Assembly (NCBI GenBank): GCA_039028615.1
Contig: JBCCHT010000002.1
Span: 96,001 to 160,000 of the forward strand
Reading direction: 5' to 3'
DNA from: Myxococcota bacterium
GTDB taxonomy: Bacteria; Myxococcota_A; Polyangia; Nannocystales; Nannocystaceae
Length of the DNA: 64,000 bases
Shown: one piece after another, positions 1 to 9,801 of the stretch
Position numbering within the stretch: the first letter of the stretch is position 1
How the letters are laid out: the number at the start of each line of letters is the position of its first letter
Position numbers and translations under genes: made by a program
The notes under the pieces: generated by a model
Told to the model about the DNA's origin: nothing
Database searches by the model: none
The model's input: only the letters and a program-made list of their open reading frames with translations

Positions 1-358
1 CGCGAGCCTCCGAGCTACCGTCGAGCACGATCGCTCGGTTCCAGATCGGCGCGCAGCCGGGGTGCCCGATGTCGAGGCACAGCTGGAGCATCTTGGGGCG
101 TTGCTCTTTGGCCTCGTCCCAGACCTCTTCAAAGACGGGCACGACCTTGTCGGCGAACTCCTGCAGCAGGTCTTCATTTTCCTGCGCGGAGGCGACGGTC
201 TTGACGAGTGTCTCTAACCCCGAAAAGCCCTGGGGACGTTTGTCCGCGTCCTTGATCCGCTCGATGTGCGTCTCGAACTTGTTGGGATCGGGTTCCTTGC
301 ACGCAGGCGCGGCGATGACCGCCAGCGCCAGCAGCGATGCAGCTACGAGCTTTCGCAT
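1..358 (-). CDS. Lipoprotein of unknown function, partial (3' end runs off the window)
   Basis: Absent from the ORF track; my translation from ATG 358 is MRKLVAASLLALAVIAAPACKEPDPNKFETHIERIKD..., open to the window edge; lipobox APAC; GGAG RBS upstream. Confidence 0.75.
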   Translation of the reverse strand, partial: MRKLVAASLLALAVIAAPACKEPDPNKFETHIERIKDADKRPQGFSGLETLVKTVASAQENEDLLQEFADKVVPVFEEVWDEAKEQRPKMLQLCLDIGHPGCAPIWNRAIVLDGSSEAR

Positions 359-541
359 TGGACCTACTCCGTGCCTCCTTGTCGTACATAGGAGGCGCCG
401 CGATGGTAACCCTGCCGCGCACGATGCGCCAGCCCCGCGAGAGGACATTTTTGGACCCAGGCCCACAAAGCGAAACGCGTTCCGTCGATCTCGTTCGATC
501 GAAGCGGAACGCGCCTGCCGGAAGTTGATCCGGCGAAGACC

Positions 542-1249
542 CTAGCGCCGGTTGACGCGCCGCTTGCCCGGCTTGGGCACGCGGCCACGGGGCGGCGACT
601 TCTTGGCCTTCTTCTTGGTCGACTTGCTCGCCTTGGGCTCTTCCTCTTCGGAGAGCGCGGCGTGCTTGACGATCACGGTGACCTCGTCGTCGGGACGGGC
701 CGTGGACTTGGGCGCCCGGATCGCCGCCACGCGAGGCGTGGATCGCTTCGCGGTCGACGCGCGGCTCTGACTCGTCGACGAGGACGAGCTGCTGCTGCGC
801 GAGGCCTTGGTGGTCTTGGTTTTGGTGCTCGTGCTCGACGAGCTGCTGCGGCTCGTGGTGGTGCGAGCGCGCTTGGGCGGCGCGGAGCCCCCCTCGGTCA
901 TGGCCACATTGCCGCGGAACGCGGCCCCGTCGGCGATGATGAGCCGCGGGGCGCTGATGTCCCCGACGAGCTTGGCACCGGGCTCGAGGCTGACCGAGTT
1001 GGTCGCGCTGACGTTGCCCACGACCACGCCGCTCACGACTACGTCGCGAGCATCGATGGTGGCAACGACGACGCCGCTCTCGGCAATGTAGACGGTCTCG
1101 GTCAGCGAGATCCCGCCCTCGACGCGCCCTTCGATGCGCAGGTCTTCTTCACCGTGGATCCGGCCGTGGACATGAATGCCCTGGCCAATGACCGTGAGGC
1201 CATCGGTAGCGGGAACGGTGCCGCTGCTGTGCTGCCGCGACGACGCCAT
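542..1249 (-). CDS. Bactofilin with long Ser/Thr/Lys/Arg-rich C-terminal tail (BacP-like)
   Basis: TVIGQGIHVHGRIHGEEDLRIEGRVEG...IIADGAAFRGNV bactofilin beta-helix pattern plus a ~115-aa basic low-complexity tail; last of three tandem bactofilins. Confidence 0.9.
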   Translation of the reverse strand: MASSRQHSSGTVPATDGLTVIGQGIHVHGRIHGEEDLRIEGRVEGGISLTETVYIAESGVVVATIDARDVVVSGVVVGNVSATNSVSLEPGAKLVGDISAPRLIIADGAAFRGNVAMTEGGSAPPKRARTTTSRSSSSSTSTKTKTTKASRSSSSSSSTSQSRASTAKRSTPRVAAIRAPKSTARPDDEVTVIVKHAALSEEEEPKASKSTKKKAKKSPPRGRVPKPGKRRVNRR

Positions 1250-1252
1250 GCG

Positions 1253-1567
1253 CTAGCCGTCCATGTCGACGTTGCCCTTGAAGGAGGCACCGTCGGCGAT
1301 GAGGATTCGAGGGGCGCGGATGTCCCCGACGACCCGGCAGTTGCTCTTGAGCTCGGCTCGCTCGGCGGCCTGAATGTCGCCGGTGACCGTTCCGTGGATG
1401 GTGATGGTCGCGGTCTCGACGTTGGCCTCGAGGACCCCGCTCTCTTCGACCATGATGTTCTCGCGGAGGCCCACTCGCCCCTTGACGGTGCCCTGCACGA
1501 CGAGGTCTTCGTCGCCGGTGATCTCACCGTCGATGACGATGGTGCTGCCTATGACGGTATTGGCCAT
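1253..1567 (-). CDS. Bactofilin (BacO-like)
   Basis: MANTVIGSTIVIDGEITGDEDLVVQGTVKG...ILIADGASFKGNVDM. Confidence 0.92.
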   Translation of the reverse strand: MANTVIGSTIVIDGEITGDEDLVVQGTVKGRVGLRENIMVEESGVLEANVETATITIHGTVTGDIQAAERAELKSNCRVVGDIRAPRILIADGASFKGNVDMDG

Positions 1568-1619
1568 TGGAATCGCTCGCGAAGGAAGCTTGGGACTGGA
1601 ATTGATGAGGAAGAACGAC

Positions 1620-1991
1620 CTAGCGCGTCAGTCCGCGCGCGAGGCCCTCGGGAAGGTCGACGTCCATCTCGACGGCGCCCTGGAACTGGGCCCCGTCGTG
1701 GATGATGACGCGAGGAGCACGGACATTGCCGGCCACATGGGCGCCCTTGTCGATGGTGATGGACTGGGAAGCCACGATGTCGCCCCGGACCTCGCCGTGA
1801 ACCTCGATGCTCTGTACATCGAGATCTGCCTCGAGCACGCCGCTCTCGGCAACGATGAGGTGTCCAGCCAGGGACACACTGCCCTCGACCCGACCTTCCA
1901 CGAGGAGGTCTTCCTCGCCGGTCAGGGTGCCGCGGACGGTGATTTGCTGGCCTAGGGTACAGGCCTCGGGACGGGGAGCAGTAGACGCCAT
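1620..1991 (-). CDS. Bactofilin (BacN-like)
   Basis: TLGQQITVRGTLTGEEDLLVEGRVEG...IIHDGAQFQGAVEMDV. Confidence 0.92.
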   Translation of the reverse strand: MASTAPRPEACTLGQQITVRGTLTGEEDLLVEGRVEGSVSLAGHLIVAESGVLEADLDVQSIEVHGEVRGDIVASQSITIDKGAHVAGNVRAPRVIIHDGAQFQGAVEMDVDLPEGLARGLTR

Positions 1992-2276
1992 GAATGCGTG
2001 ACTTTTCCGGGGAAAGCGGGGCGCAGGCTAACAACCCGAATTGGGCGGGTCAAGGCGCTCAGGACCACCCCGACAGCCGTTTTCGGCCGTTCGAGACCGC
2101 GCAGGTAGGCCTTGCTGCGAGCGCTCCCCTGATCCATGGACGAGGTGCGACACGACGTTTGGTAACCCACGCGGACCTTGTGCCGATCCCCTCCGGGATG
2201 GCGGCCCAAATCCGGTTCGCCTCTGATAAAGGTCGCCCTCTCCACTGCGGAGATCGCCCAACCCGACGAGCTACCG

Positions 2277-3692
2277 ATGAGCCCCAAGCGCCAGAGCTTT
2301 CCCCACGAGGCGATTTCCCGCGAAGAGCTCCTCGACGTGTTCATCGGGGCCGAGCGTCCCGACCCCAGCACCCACCTCATCGGCACCGAGCTCGAGAAGC
2401 TCGGCGTGTACATGCCGCCCGACGGCGGACCGCCGCAGCCGGTGAACTACGAGGAGCACGTGCTGCCCACGCTCCGGGCTCTGCACAAAGACTTCGGCTG
2501 GGAAGCGGGCAAGGACCGCGGCACCAGCGGCGAGATCGTCGAGCTCGTGCGCGACGGGGCGAGCATCACGTTGGAGCCCGGCGGCCAGCTCGAGCTGTCC
2601 GGCGCGCCGCTGACCAACGTGCACGAGACCTGCGCCGAGTTCTCGCACCACTACGACGAGCTGCACTCGGTCTCGCAATCGTTGTCGCTCGCGTGGATGG
2701 CCATCGGGCACCACCCATTCGCCACCCGCGACGAGATCAACTGGATGCCCAAGGGGCGCTACCGGGTCATGCGCTCGTACCTGCCCACGCGCGGCGGTCG
2801 GGCGCTCGACATGATGCTCCGCACCTGTACCGTGCAGGCCAACCTCGACTACGCGTCCGAGGTCCAATGTGGGGAGCGCTTCCGGCTCGCCAACGCGATG
2901 GCCCCCGTGCTCACGGCGATCTTCGCCAACTCGCCGTACCTCGAGGGGCGCTCGGCCGGGGTCGCCTCGCTGCGTAGCCAGGTCTGGCTCGACGTCGACC
3001 CCGATCGCTGCGGCGTGCCCCGCTTCGCGTTCGAGCCGTTCTCCTACGCGCGCTACGTGGACTGGGCGCTCGACGTGCCGATGTTCTTCGTCAAGCGCGA
3101 TGGCGTGTACCACCCGCACCACGTCCCCTTCCGCAAGTTTCTCGAGGACGGCTTCGTCGGCCCCGACGGCACCACGCACCAGGCCACCAGCCACGACTGG
3201 TTCCTGCACTTGTCCACCGTGTTCCCCGAGGTCCGGCTCAAGCCGCACATCGAGTTCCGCTCGGCCGACGCCGTGGGCTCGCGCCACGTCTGTGCCCTGC
3301 CCGCGCTGGTCAAGGGCATCCTTTATGACGACGACGCGGCCGGCGAGGCCTGGGAGCGCCTGTCCGGGTTCACCTACGAGGAGCGCCTCGGTCTGTGGCG
3401 CGACGCCATCGAGCACGGGCTGAAGTCCGAGACGTTACGCTCCTTGGCGCGCGTGCTGCTCGATCTGTCGCGCACGGCTCTCGATCGCGTCGACATCCGC
3501 GACGACAAGGGGCGCACCGAGGCCCGCTTCATCGATCGCCTCGAGCCGCTCGTCGACCAGGGGCACAGCCCGGGTCACGAGTTGCTCGCCGAGCTGGGCG
3601 ACGAGCCCGGTCGCGACGCCGCGGGACGCACCGCGCTGGTCAAGGCGTTCCACTTCGCCGGGGTCGGTGGTGATCCCGATGACGGCGCCTGA
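2277..3692 (+). CDS. gshA: Glutamate--cysteine ligase (GCS2, plant/alphaproteobacterial type)
   Basis: IGTELEK, ITLEPGGQLELSGAP, WMPKGRY, MMLRTCTVQANLD, FANSPY, FPEVRLK, EFRSAD motifs; start placed at ATG 2277. Confidence 0.88.
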   Translation: MSPKRQSFPHEAISREELLDVFIGAERPDPSTHLIGTELEKLGVYMPPDGGPPQPVNYEEHVLPTLRALHKDFGWEAGKDRGTSGEIVELVRDGASITLEPGGQLELSGAPLTNVHETCAEFSHHYDELHSVSQSLSLAWMAIGHHPFATRDEINWMPKGRYRVMRSYLPTRGGRALDMMLRTCTVQANLDYASEVQCGERFRLANAMAPVLTAIFANSPYLEGRSAGVASLRSQVWLDVDPDRCGVPRFAFEPFSYARYVDWALDVPMFFVKRDGVYHPHHVPFRKFLEDGFVGPDGTTHQATSHDWFLHLSTVFPEVRLKPHIEFRSADAVGSRHVCALPALVKGILYDDDAAGEAWERLSGFTYEERLGLWRDAIEHGLKSETLRSLARVLLDLSRTALDRVDIRDDKGRTEARFIDRLEPLVDQGHSPGHELLAELGDEPGRDAAGRTALVKAFHFAGVGGDPDDGA

Positions 3693-4239
3693 GCTCGACG
3701 CGCTGACCATCGTCGAGGTCCCGGCCGGGCATCGCGGGGCCTACCAGGATTTGTTGCGCCTGGCCGACGACTCCGAGACTGCGATTGCGGGCTATCGCGA
3801 CCAGGGCCAGCTGTTCGGGTTGCTCGAGCCCGACGGCGACCAGCCGCGAGGGCACGTGCTGGCGATCCCCAACGGGGAGCCCGAGACCATCGAGCTGATG
3901 AGCATCGCGGTTGCCCCCGCTCAGCAGGGTCGTGGCCTCGGCCGACGCCTGCTCCTCGCCGTGCTCGAGCGCCTCGCGAAGCAAGGATGGCGGCGGGTCG
4001 TGGTCGCCACCGCGACCTCGAGCCTCGGAGCGATCGCCTTCTATCAACGGCTCGGATTTCGGATGCTGCGGATCGAACGCGATGCCTTCAGCCCCGCGAC
4101 GGGCTATCCCGCCGACCTACACGAGCACGGCATCCCGGTGCGGGATCGGGTGTGGCTGGACCACGAGCTCGGGATCCCGGGCGAAGGAACGGGCTCGATT
4201 TCGGGCGATTTGTCGCAGAGTCCTTGCGTCTCAGATTGA
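3679..4239 (+). CDS. GNAT family N-acetyltransferase
   Basis: IAVAPAQQGRGLGRRLL acetyl-CoA motif, AIAFYQRLGF; overlaps the end of gshA. Confidence 0.88.
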   Translation: MTAPELDALTIVEVPAGHRGAYQDLLRLADDSETAIAGYRDQGQLFGLLEPDGDQPRGHVLAIPNGEPETIELMSIAVAPAQQGRGLGRRLLLAVLERLAKQGWRRVVVATATSSLGAIAFYQRLGFRMLRIERDAFSPATGYPADLHEHGIPVRDRVWLDHELGIPGEGTGSISGDLSQSPCVSD

Positions 4240-4250
4240 CTCCACTATAT

Positions 4251-4265
4251 TGATAACGACTTTCA
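4251..4265 (+). promoter_or_regulatory. Fur-box-like operator
   Basis: TGATAAC-G-ACTTTCA matches 11/14 of the 7-1-7 TGATAAT-n-ATTATCA consensus; AT-rich patch just before the AAGGAG RBS of a siderophore-interacting gene; TTGACT at 4236-4241. Confidence 0.65.
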
Positions 4266-4281
4266 AAATCAAAGGAGACCC

Positions 4282-5025
4282 ATGACCCAGCTCAAGCAAA
4301 AGCTCCTCAGCGGCGCGCTCACTGCCTTTGGGACCCGAACCATCGTGCACCGGGTTTGGTCTCTATCCCCCGGGATCCGCTGTATTCGCCTCTTCGGTCC
4401 GGCGGTCGAGACGCTGCGCTGGGCCCCCGGCGACAAGGTCAAGATCCACGTCGGCAGCGGAGTCATGCGCAGCTACACCCCCGCTCGCATCAACCGCGAC
4501 GAGAACTTCCTCGATGTCGTCGTGCACCTGCATGGCGGTGGCCCGGCGTCCCAGTGGGCGTCGCACCTGCAGCGGGGCGATGAAGTGCTCTTCGCCGGGC
4601 CCGCCCCCAGCATGCCCCGACGCCACGACGACCAGACGCCCTGGGCTCTGTTCCTCGGGGACGAGACCGCCTTGGGATTGGCAGTCGCCATGGTGCAGTC
4701 CTGCAGTCCCGGCACGCAGGTACTCGGGGCGATCGAGCTGGCGCAACGCGATGCTCCGGCCGTCGACGCCCTCGACCTGCCGCTGCACCCCCTCCCGCGC
4801 GACGGCGAGCACGGCAACGCCCTGGCGCAGTGGCTGGAAAACACCTGGCTCCCCCCCGACCCCGGAATCGTCTGGCTGTCGGGCGAAGCCAACGCGGTGC
4901 TGCGTCTGCGGACCGCACTGCTCGAGCGCGGCGTGACCCGCGAGCAGCTGTGCATCAAGCCGTACTGGAGTCTCCGGGGGGCCGCGCATCGCAAGCAGCT
5001 CGAGCGCGGCGCCCTCGTGGCCTAG
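4282..5025 (+). CDS. Siderophore-interacting protein (ViuB/YqjH-like FAD-binding ferric reductase)
   Basis: RSYT FAD motif, HGGGPASQWA, LFLGDETAL, WLSGEA, C-terminal PYW. Confidence 0.85.
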   Translation: MTQLKQKLLSGALTAFGTRTIVHRVWSLSPGIRCIRLFGPAVETLRWAPGDKVKIHVGSGVMRSYTPARINRDENFLDVVVHLHGGGPASQWASHLQRGDEVLFAGPAPSMPRRHDDQTPWALFLGDETALGLAVAMVQSCSPGTQVLGAIELAQRDAPAVDALDLPLHPLPRDGEHGNALAQWLENTWLPPDPGIVWLSGEANAVLRLRTALLERGVTREQLCIKPYWSLRGAAHRKQLERGALVA

Positions 5026-5069
5026 CCGCACCTGCACGCGGGCCCGGGGCGAGCTACCTTGGAGCCCGC

Positions 5070-5999
5070 ATGCCCCGGTCGAGCATCGAGCTGCGCCGCT
5101 TCGCCGGGCCCGACGTGTACACCCGGCAGCTCGACCACGTACGGGTCGCCCATCTCACCGATCTGCACGTCGGCCGCGTGACGCCGCACCGGGTGCAGAT
5201 GGAGGCGGTCGCCCGCACCAACGCCGAAGAGCCCGACCTCGTGGTGATCACGGGCGACTTCGTGGCGCACAGCCAGATGTATCTCGATCAGCTGGTCGAG
5301 GTCGTCGGGGCGATCGAGGCGCCCGTGCTCGGCGTGCTGGGCAACCACGATCACTGGTCGGGGGCCTCCGAGGTCCGCTGGGCGCTGCGCAAGGCCGGGG
5401 CCGAGGTGCTCGACAACGCGTGGACCTCGTTGACGCTGCGCGGGCAGACGCTTCAGGTGGTGGGCCTGGACGACGCCTATACCGGGCACGCCGATCGCAC
5501 CACCGCCATGCGAGGGCTCGACCCGCAGGTCGCGACCCTGGGCCTGTCACACATCGCCGAACAGGCCGACGCGATGTGGGACGGCGGCGTGCCCATGGTG
5601 CTGAGCGGCCATACCCACGCCGGTCAGGTCACCCTGGCGCGGCTGCACGAGTTCGTGCTCGGCCGCATCATCGGGCATCGCTATATCCACGGGCTCTACG
5701 GCAGCCGCGGCGAGCCCCGAGACGTGCGAGGGTGCGTCTACGTGGGCGCGGGCATCGGCTCCGCGGTCATGCCCGTACGCATGGGCGACCGGGCGCGACG
5801 CGAGGTCACCATCTTCGAGCTCGGGCACGACCGTCGTGACTACGAAGAGCACCACGCCGAGCAGGAGCCCGCTCCGGGGCGAGCACCCAGCCCCGAGAAG
5901 ACCCGTCAGCGTCAGCGGCAAGCGCTGACCAAGAGCAAGCGTCGGCGCGAGGCCGCCCGCAAGCGCGGCATCGATCCGCTGCGCTCGCAGGACGACTGA
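5070..5999 (+). CDS. Calcineurin-like metallophosphoesterase (YkuE/YaeI-like)
   Basis: TDLH, TGDF, GNHD, LSH, SGHTH metal-binding motifs; GGAG before ATG 5070. Confidence 0.88.
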   Translation: MPRSSIELRRFAGPDVYTRQLDHVRVAHLTDLHVGRVTPHRVQMEAVARTNAEEPDLVVITGDFVAHSQMYLDQLVEVVGAIEAPVLGVLGNHDHWSGASEVRWALRKAGAEVLDNAWTSLTLRGQTLQVVGLDDAYTGHADRTTAMRGLDPQVATLGLSHIAEQADAMWDGGVPMVLSGHTHAGQVTLARLHEFVLGRIIGHRYIHGLYGSRGEPRDVRGCVYVGAGIGSAVMPVRMGDRARREVTIFELGHDRRDYEEHHAEQEPAPGRAPSPEKTRQRQRQALTKSKRRREAARKRGIDPLRSQDD

Positions 6000-6003
6000 G
6001 GCC

Positions 6004-7041
6004 TCAGCCTTCGGCCGGTCCGTCGGTCTCGCTCGTGTCGATGGGCGCCAGCTCGGCGGGCTTGAGCAGCCCCGAGTCGGCGTCGGCCTGATCGCCACCG
6101 CCCAGCTGAGCGCTGGCCAGCGCGGCCGCCCACTCGGCGGGCTCGGACTCCGCGGGCCCTTGCCCCTCATCCTCGTCCTCGTCCTCTTCGACGAGCTCGA
6201 GGTCGTCGTCATCGAGCAGCTCGATCTCTTCGATCTCCTCGATGTCTTCTTCGTCCTCTTCCTGCTCCGAGGAGACCTCTTCGTCCCCGCCCGCGACCGT
6301 CTGCTCGGTCGACGGCGAAATCTCGGCCGGGGCGGTGACCATCTCTTCGACCGACTCCGGGGCGGCATCCCCCGCGGTCAGCTGCTCGGTGAGCTCGACA
6401 CCGACCTGCGAGGGCTCGGACTCGTCGACGGCCTCCGGGGCTGCATCTTCGGATGCGGCATCGAGCGCGGGCTCGTCTTCGTCGGCGCCCGGCAGGTTGT
6501 CGAAGTCCATGTCGGCGAGCGGATCGGGCTCGGCCGGAGCCTCGGGCTCGGCGGGTGCGTCCGCCTGCTCGGCGGCCTCGACTTCATCGACCTGCTCTGC
6601 CGCCTCGGCCGGGGCGGCCTCGGTTTCGCCGTCGTCCTCGTCCTCATCCTCGATCGAGACGTCGACCTCGTCCTCCGCCTCGACGGGGGCCTGTGCCTCG
6701 GCCTGGACCGGCGAGTCCATCCCGGCATCGAGCGGAACCCGAAGCTCGCTCGACTCGAACAGGTCGCCCTCCTCGGAGGCCTCCGCGGACTGGATCAGCT
6801 CGGGCACCGCCGGGTTCTCGGCCACGGGCTCGGGGGGCGGTGGCGGCGGAGCAGCCTGCACCGGGGTCGAAACCCCGGCCCCGCCCGACACGGGCACGGC
6901 CTGGTCGAGCAACGGTCCCAGCTCGGGATCCGTGCCTACGTCTTGCACCAGTTGCTGGGCCCGGTCTCGGGCCCACTCCAGGGTCTGCTCGACGCTTTGT
7001 GCGTCCAGCCCTTCCCGTTCCAGCAGATCGTCGAGCTCCAT
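6004..7041 (-). CDS. Highly acidic, largely disordered protein
   Basis: 345-aa ORF rich in E/D/A/P with GC-rich third positions; short helical-looking N-terminus; directly downstream of alaS. Confidence 0.75.
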   Translation of the reverse strand: MELDDLLEREGLDAQSVEQTLEWARDRAQQLVQDVGTDPELGPLLDQAVPVSGGAGVSTPVQAAPPPPPPEPVAENPAVPELIQSAEASEEGDLFESSELRVPLDAGMDSPVQAEAQAPVEAEDEVDVSIEDEDEDDGETEAAPAEAAEQVDEVEAAEQADAPAEPEAPAEPDPLADMDFDNLPGADEDEPALDAASEDAAPEAVDESEPSQVGVELTEQLTAGDAAPESVEEMVTAPAEISPSTEQTVAGGDEEVSSEQEEDEEDIEEIEEIELLDDDDLELVEEDEDEDEGQGPAESEPAEWAAALASAQLGGGDQADADSGLLKPAELAPIDTSETDGPAEG

Positions 7042-7110
7042 GTGAACTTGCCGCTTCGGCGCGCGAAAAACCCTACCACGACCCCAAGGCGGGGCCGATT
7101 TTGGGGCTCA

Positions 7111-9801
7111 TCATGCGCTCAGGTGAGCCTCCAGGCTCGGGCCGGCGGCATCGAGGGCCGCGTCGAGACCGGCAAGCTTGGGCCCGCCCGCCTGCGCGAG
7201 CTCGGGGCGACCCCCTCCGCGGCCGTCGACGTGCTGCGCCAGCACGCCGACCAGCTTGCCCGCGTGCACCCGCGACTTGAGGTCCGGGGTCACGGCCACC
7301 AGCAGCATCGCCTTGCCGTTGGCCTCGGTGCCGAGCACCACGACCCCCGAGCCCAGGCGATCCCGTAGGGTATCGGCCGCACCGCGCAGGCTCTTGGGGT
7401 CGATCCCCGCCACCCGGCGGGTCAGCAGCCGCACGCCGGCCACCTCGACGACCTCGTCCGCCCCGGAGCCGCCCCCAGTGGCGAGCTTCTGCTTGAGCTG
7501 GTCGATCTCGCGATCGCGGGTCTTGATGTCGGCCTGGAGCTTGCCGATGCGCTCGGGCACCTCGGCCGGGTTGGGCGCGTGCAGCCGGGACGCCGCGTCG
7601 GCGGTCACTTCGGCCAGCTCCTGCACATGCGCCAGCGCGCCCATGCCCGTCACCGCCTCGATGCGACGCACGCCCTGGGCGATGCCCCCTTCACCGACGA
7701 TCGCGAACAGGCCGATGTCGCCCGCCCGCGAGACATGGGTGCCGCCGCAAAGCTCGACGCTGTCGTCGGCCAGCCGCACCACGCGAACCGTCTCGCCGTA
7801 CTTCTCTCCGAACAGGCCGATCGCGCCCTCGGCCTTGGCCTCGGGCATCGAAAGCTCCTTGGTGATGCTCGACGAGTTGCCCAGCACCATGGCGTTGACC
7901 CGGGTCTCGATGGCTCGGCGCTCATCGGCCGTCACCGCCCGGTTGTGGCTGAAGTCGAAGCGCAGCCGGTCGGGAGCGACGAGCGAGCCCTTCTGCACGA
8001 CATGCTCGCCGAGCTCGGCTCGGAGGGCGTGATGCAGCAGGTGGGTCGCGCTGTGGTTGCGCTTGATCGACTGGCGACGACCGTCGTCGACCTCGATCTG
8101 GAGGCTGGCGCCGACGGACAGCTCGCCCTCGACGACCTTGCCCGCGTGCACGTGCATGCCGGCGCGAGGCTTGGTGGTGCCCTCGATCTCGATGCGCACG
8201 CCCTTGCCCGTGATCACGCCGGTGTCCCCGACCTGGCCGCCGCTCTCGGCGTACATCGGCGTCCGATCGAACACGAGCTCGACGGCCTGCCCGGCCGAGG
8301 CGCTGTCGACCCGCGCGCCGTCGACCAGGACGGCCCGCAGCGTGGCGTCGGCCTGCTCGGCGTCGTAGCCGAGGAACTCGCTGTCCCCGACGTCCTCGTG
8401 CACCTCGAAGTAGATGTCGGCGATCGCCTCGCCGCCACCGAGCTGGGCTCCACGCCCGCCCCCGCCGCTCTGGCGGGCCCGCAGCGCGTCTTCGGCCGCG
8501 GCCTCGTCGAGGCTCAGCTCGTGCTCGCGCAGCATCACCGCGGTGAGGTCGATGGGGAAGCCGTAGGTGTCGTACAGCTCGGCCGCGACGCCGGGCTCGA
8601 ATGCCTGCTGGCTGCGGTCGTGCTGCTCGATGGCCTTGTGCAGCTTTCGGATGCCGCGATCGAGCGTGCGACGGAACAGCTCCTCTTCGCCGCGCACGAC
8701 CTCCTCGATCACCGCGGCGCGCTCCTGCAGCTCGGGGTAGACCTCGCCGAACACGTCGACGACCTTGCGGCAGACGTCGTGCATGAAGGGCTCGGCCAGG
8801 CCCACGTCGGCGCCATGACGGATGGCGCGTCGCATGATCCGGCGCAGCACGTAGGAGCGACCGGCCTTGTCCGGGAACACGCCGTCGGCCACAAGGAACG
8901 CGCTCGCTCGCGCATGGTCGGCGATGACGCGGAACGGAGCCTCGCCCGCATCACTGGGTGCACGCGATCCAGCGAGGCGCTTGGCCTCGTCGACCATCGG
9001 CGCGAGCAGGTCGCTCTCGTAGTTGCTCTTGGCCCCCATCACCGCCGCCGCGATGCGCTCGAGACCGGATCCGGTGTCGATGCTGGGCTTGGGCAGCGGC
9101 CGCATGGTGCCGTCGCCGGGCTTCTCGTACTGCATGAACACCAGGTTCCACAGCTCGACCCAGTCATCCTCGTCGAACGCGGGCCCGGTGCCGGGCTGGT
9201 CCGCCGTGACCGGCGCGGTGTCCCCCTTGAACAGGTGGATCTCCGAGCACGGGCCGCAGGGGCCGGTGTCGCCCATCTGCCAGAAGTTGTCCTTGGCCGA
9301 GCAGCGATAGATGCGACCGGCGGGAACGTGGCGCAGCCACATCTCGGCCGCCTCGTCGTCGGCAGGAGCGTCCTCGCCCGTCCCGTCGAACACGGTCACC
9401 GCCAGGCGCTCGGCGGGCAGGCCCAGCTCCTTGGTGAGGAAGGCCCAGGCCCAGTCGATCGAGTCCGACTTGAAGTAGTCACCGAACGAGAAGTTGCCCA
9501 GCATCTCGAACAAGGTCTGGTGACGCGGGGTGAAGCCCACGTTGTCCAGGTCGTTGTGCTTGCCGCCGGCCCGGACGCAGCGCTGCACCGAGACCGCGCG
9601 CGAGTAGGGTCGCTGCTCGCGGCCCGTGAACACGTCCTTGAACTGGTTCATGCCCGCGTTGACGAACAGCAACGTCGGGTCGTCCTGGGGAACCAAAGAA
9701 GAGCTGGGGACATGGGTGTGCCCATGCCCGACGAAAAAGTCCACGAAGCGCTGGCGAATCTGGGCCGCGGTCATCACGGCGCGCTGAGTCGAGTCAGCCA
9801 T
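7111..9801 (-). CDS. alaS: Alanine--tRNA ligase
   Basis: LLFVNAGMNQFK, QRCVRAGGKHNDL, FEMLGNFSFGDYFK, editing motifs HSATH and ELCGGTH, C-terminal GRGGGRPELAQAGG. Confidence 0.98.
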   Translation of the reverse strand: MADSTQRAVMTAAQIRQRFVDFFVGHGHTHVPSSSLVPQDDPTLLFVNAGMNQFKDVFTGREQRPYSRAVSVQRCVRAGGKHNDLDNVGFTPRHQTLFEMLGNFSFGDYFKSDSIDWAWAFLTKELGLPAERLAVTVFDGTGEDAPADDEAAEMWLRHVPAGRIYRCSAKDNFWQMGDTGPCGPCSEIHLFKGDTAPVTADQPGTGPAFDEDDWVELWNLVFMQYEKPGDGTMRPLPKPSIDTGSGLERIAAAVMGAKSNYESDLLAPMVDEAKRLAGSRAPSDAGEAPFRVIADHARASAFLVADGVFPDKAGRSYVLRRIMRRAIRHGADVGLAEPFMHDVCRKVVDVFGEVYPELQERAAVIEEVVRGEEELFRRTLDRGIRKLHKAIEQHDRSQQAFEPGVAAELYDTYGFPIDLTAVMLREHELSLDEAAAEDALRARQSGGGGRGAQLGGGEAIADIYFEVHEDVGDSEFLGYDAEQADATLRAVLVDGARVDSASAGQAVELVFDRTPMYAESGGQVGDTGVITGKGVRIEIEGTTKPRAGMHVHAGKVVEGELSVGASLQIEVDDGRRQSIKRNHSATHLLHHALRAELGEHVVQKGSLVAPDRLRFDFSHNRAVTADERRAIETRVNAMVLGNSSSITKELSMPEAKAEGAIGLFGEKYGETVRVVRLADDSVELCGGTHVSRAGDIGLFAIVGEGGIAQGVRRIEAVTGMGALAHVQELAEVTADAASRLHAPNPAEVPERIGKLQADIKTRDREIDQLKQKLATGGGSGADEVVEVAGVRLLTRRVAGIDPKSLRGAADTLRDRLGSGVVVLGTEANGKAMLLVAVTPDLKSRVHAGKLVGVLAQHVDGRGGGRPELAQAGGPKLAGLDAALDAAGPSLEAHLSA

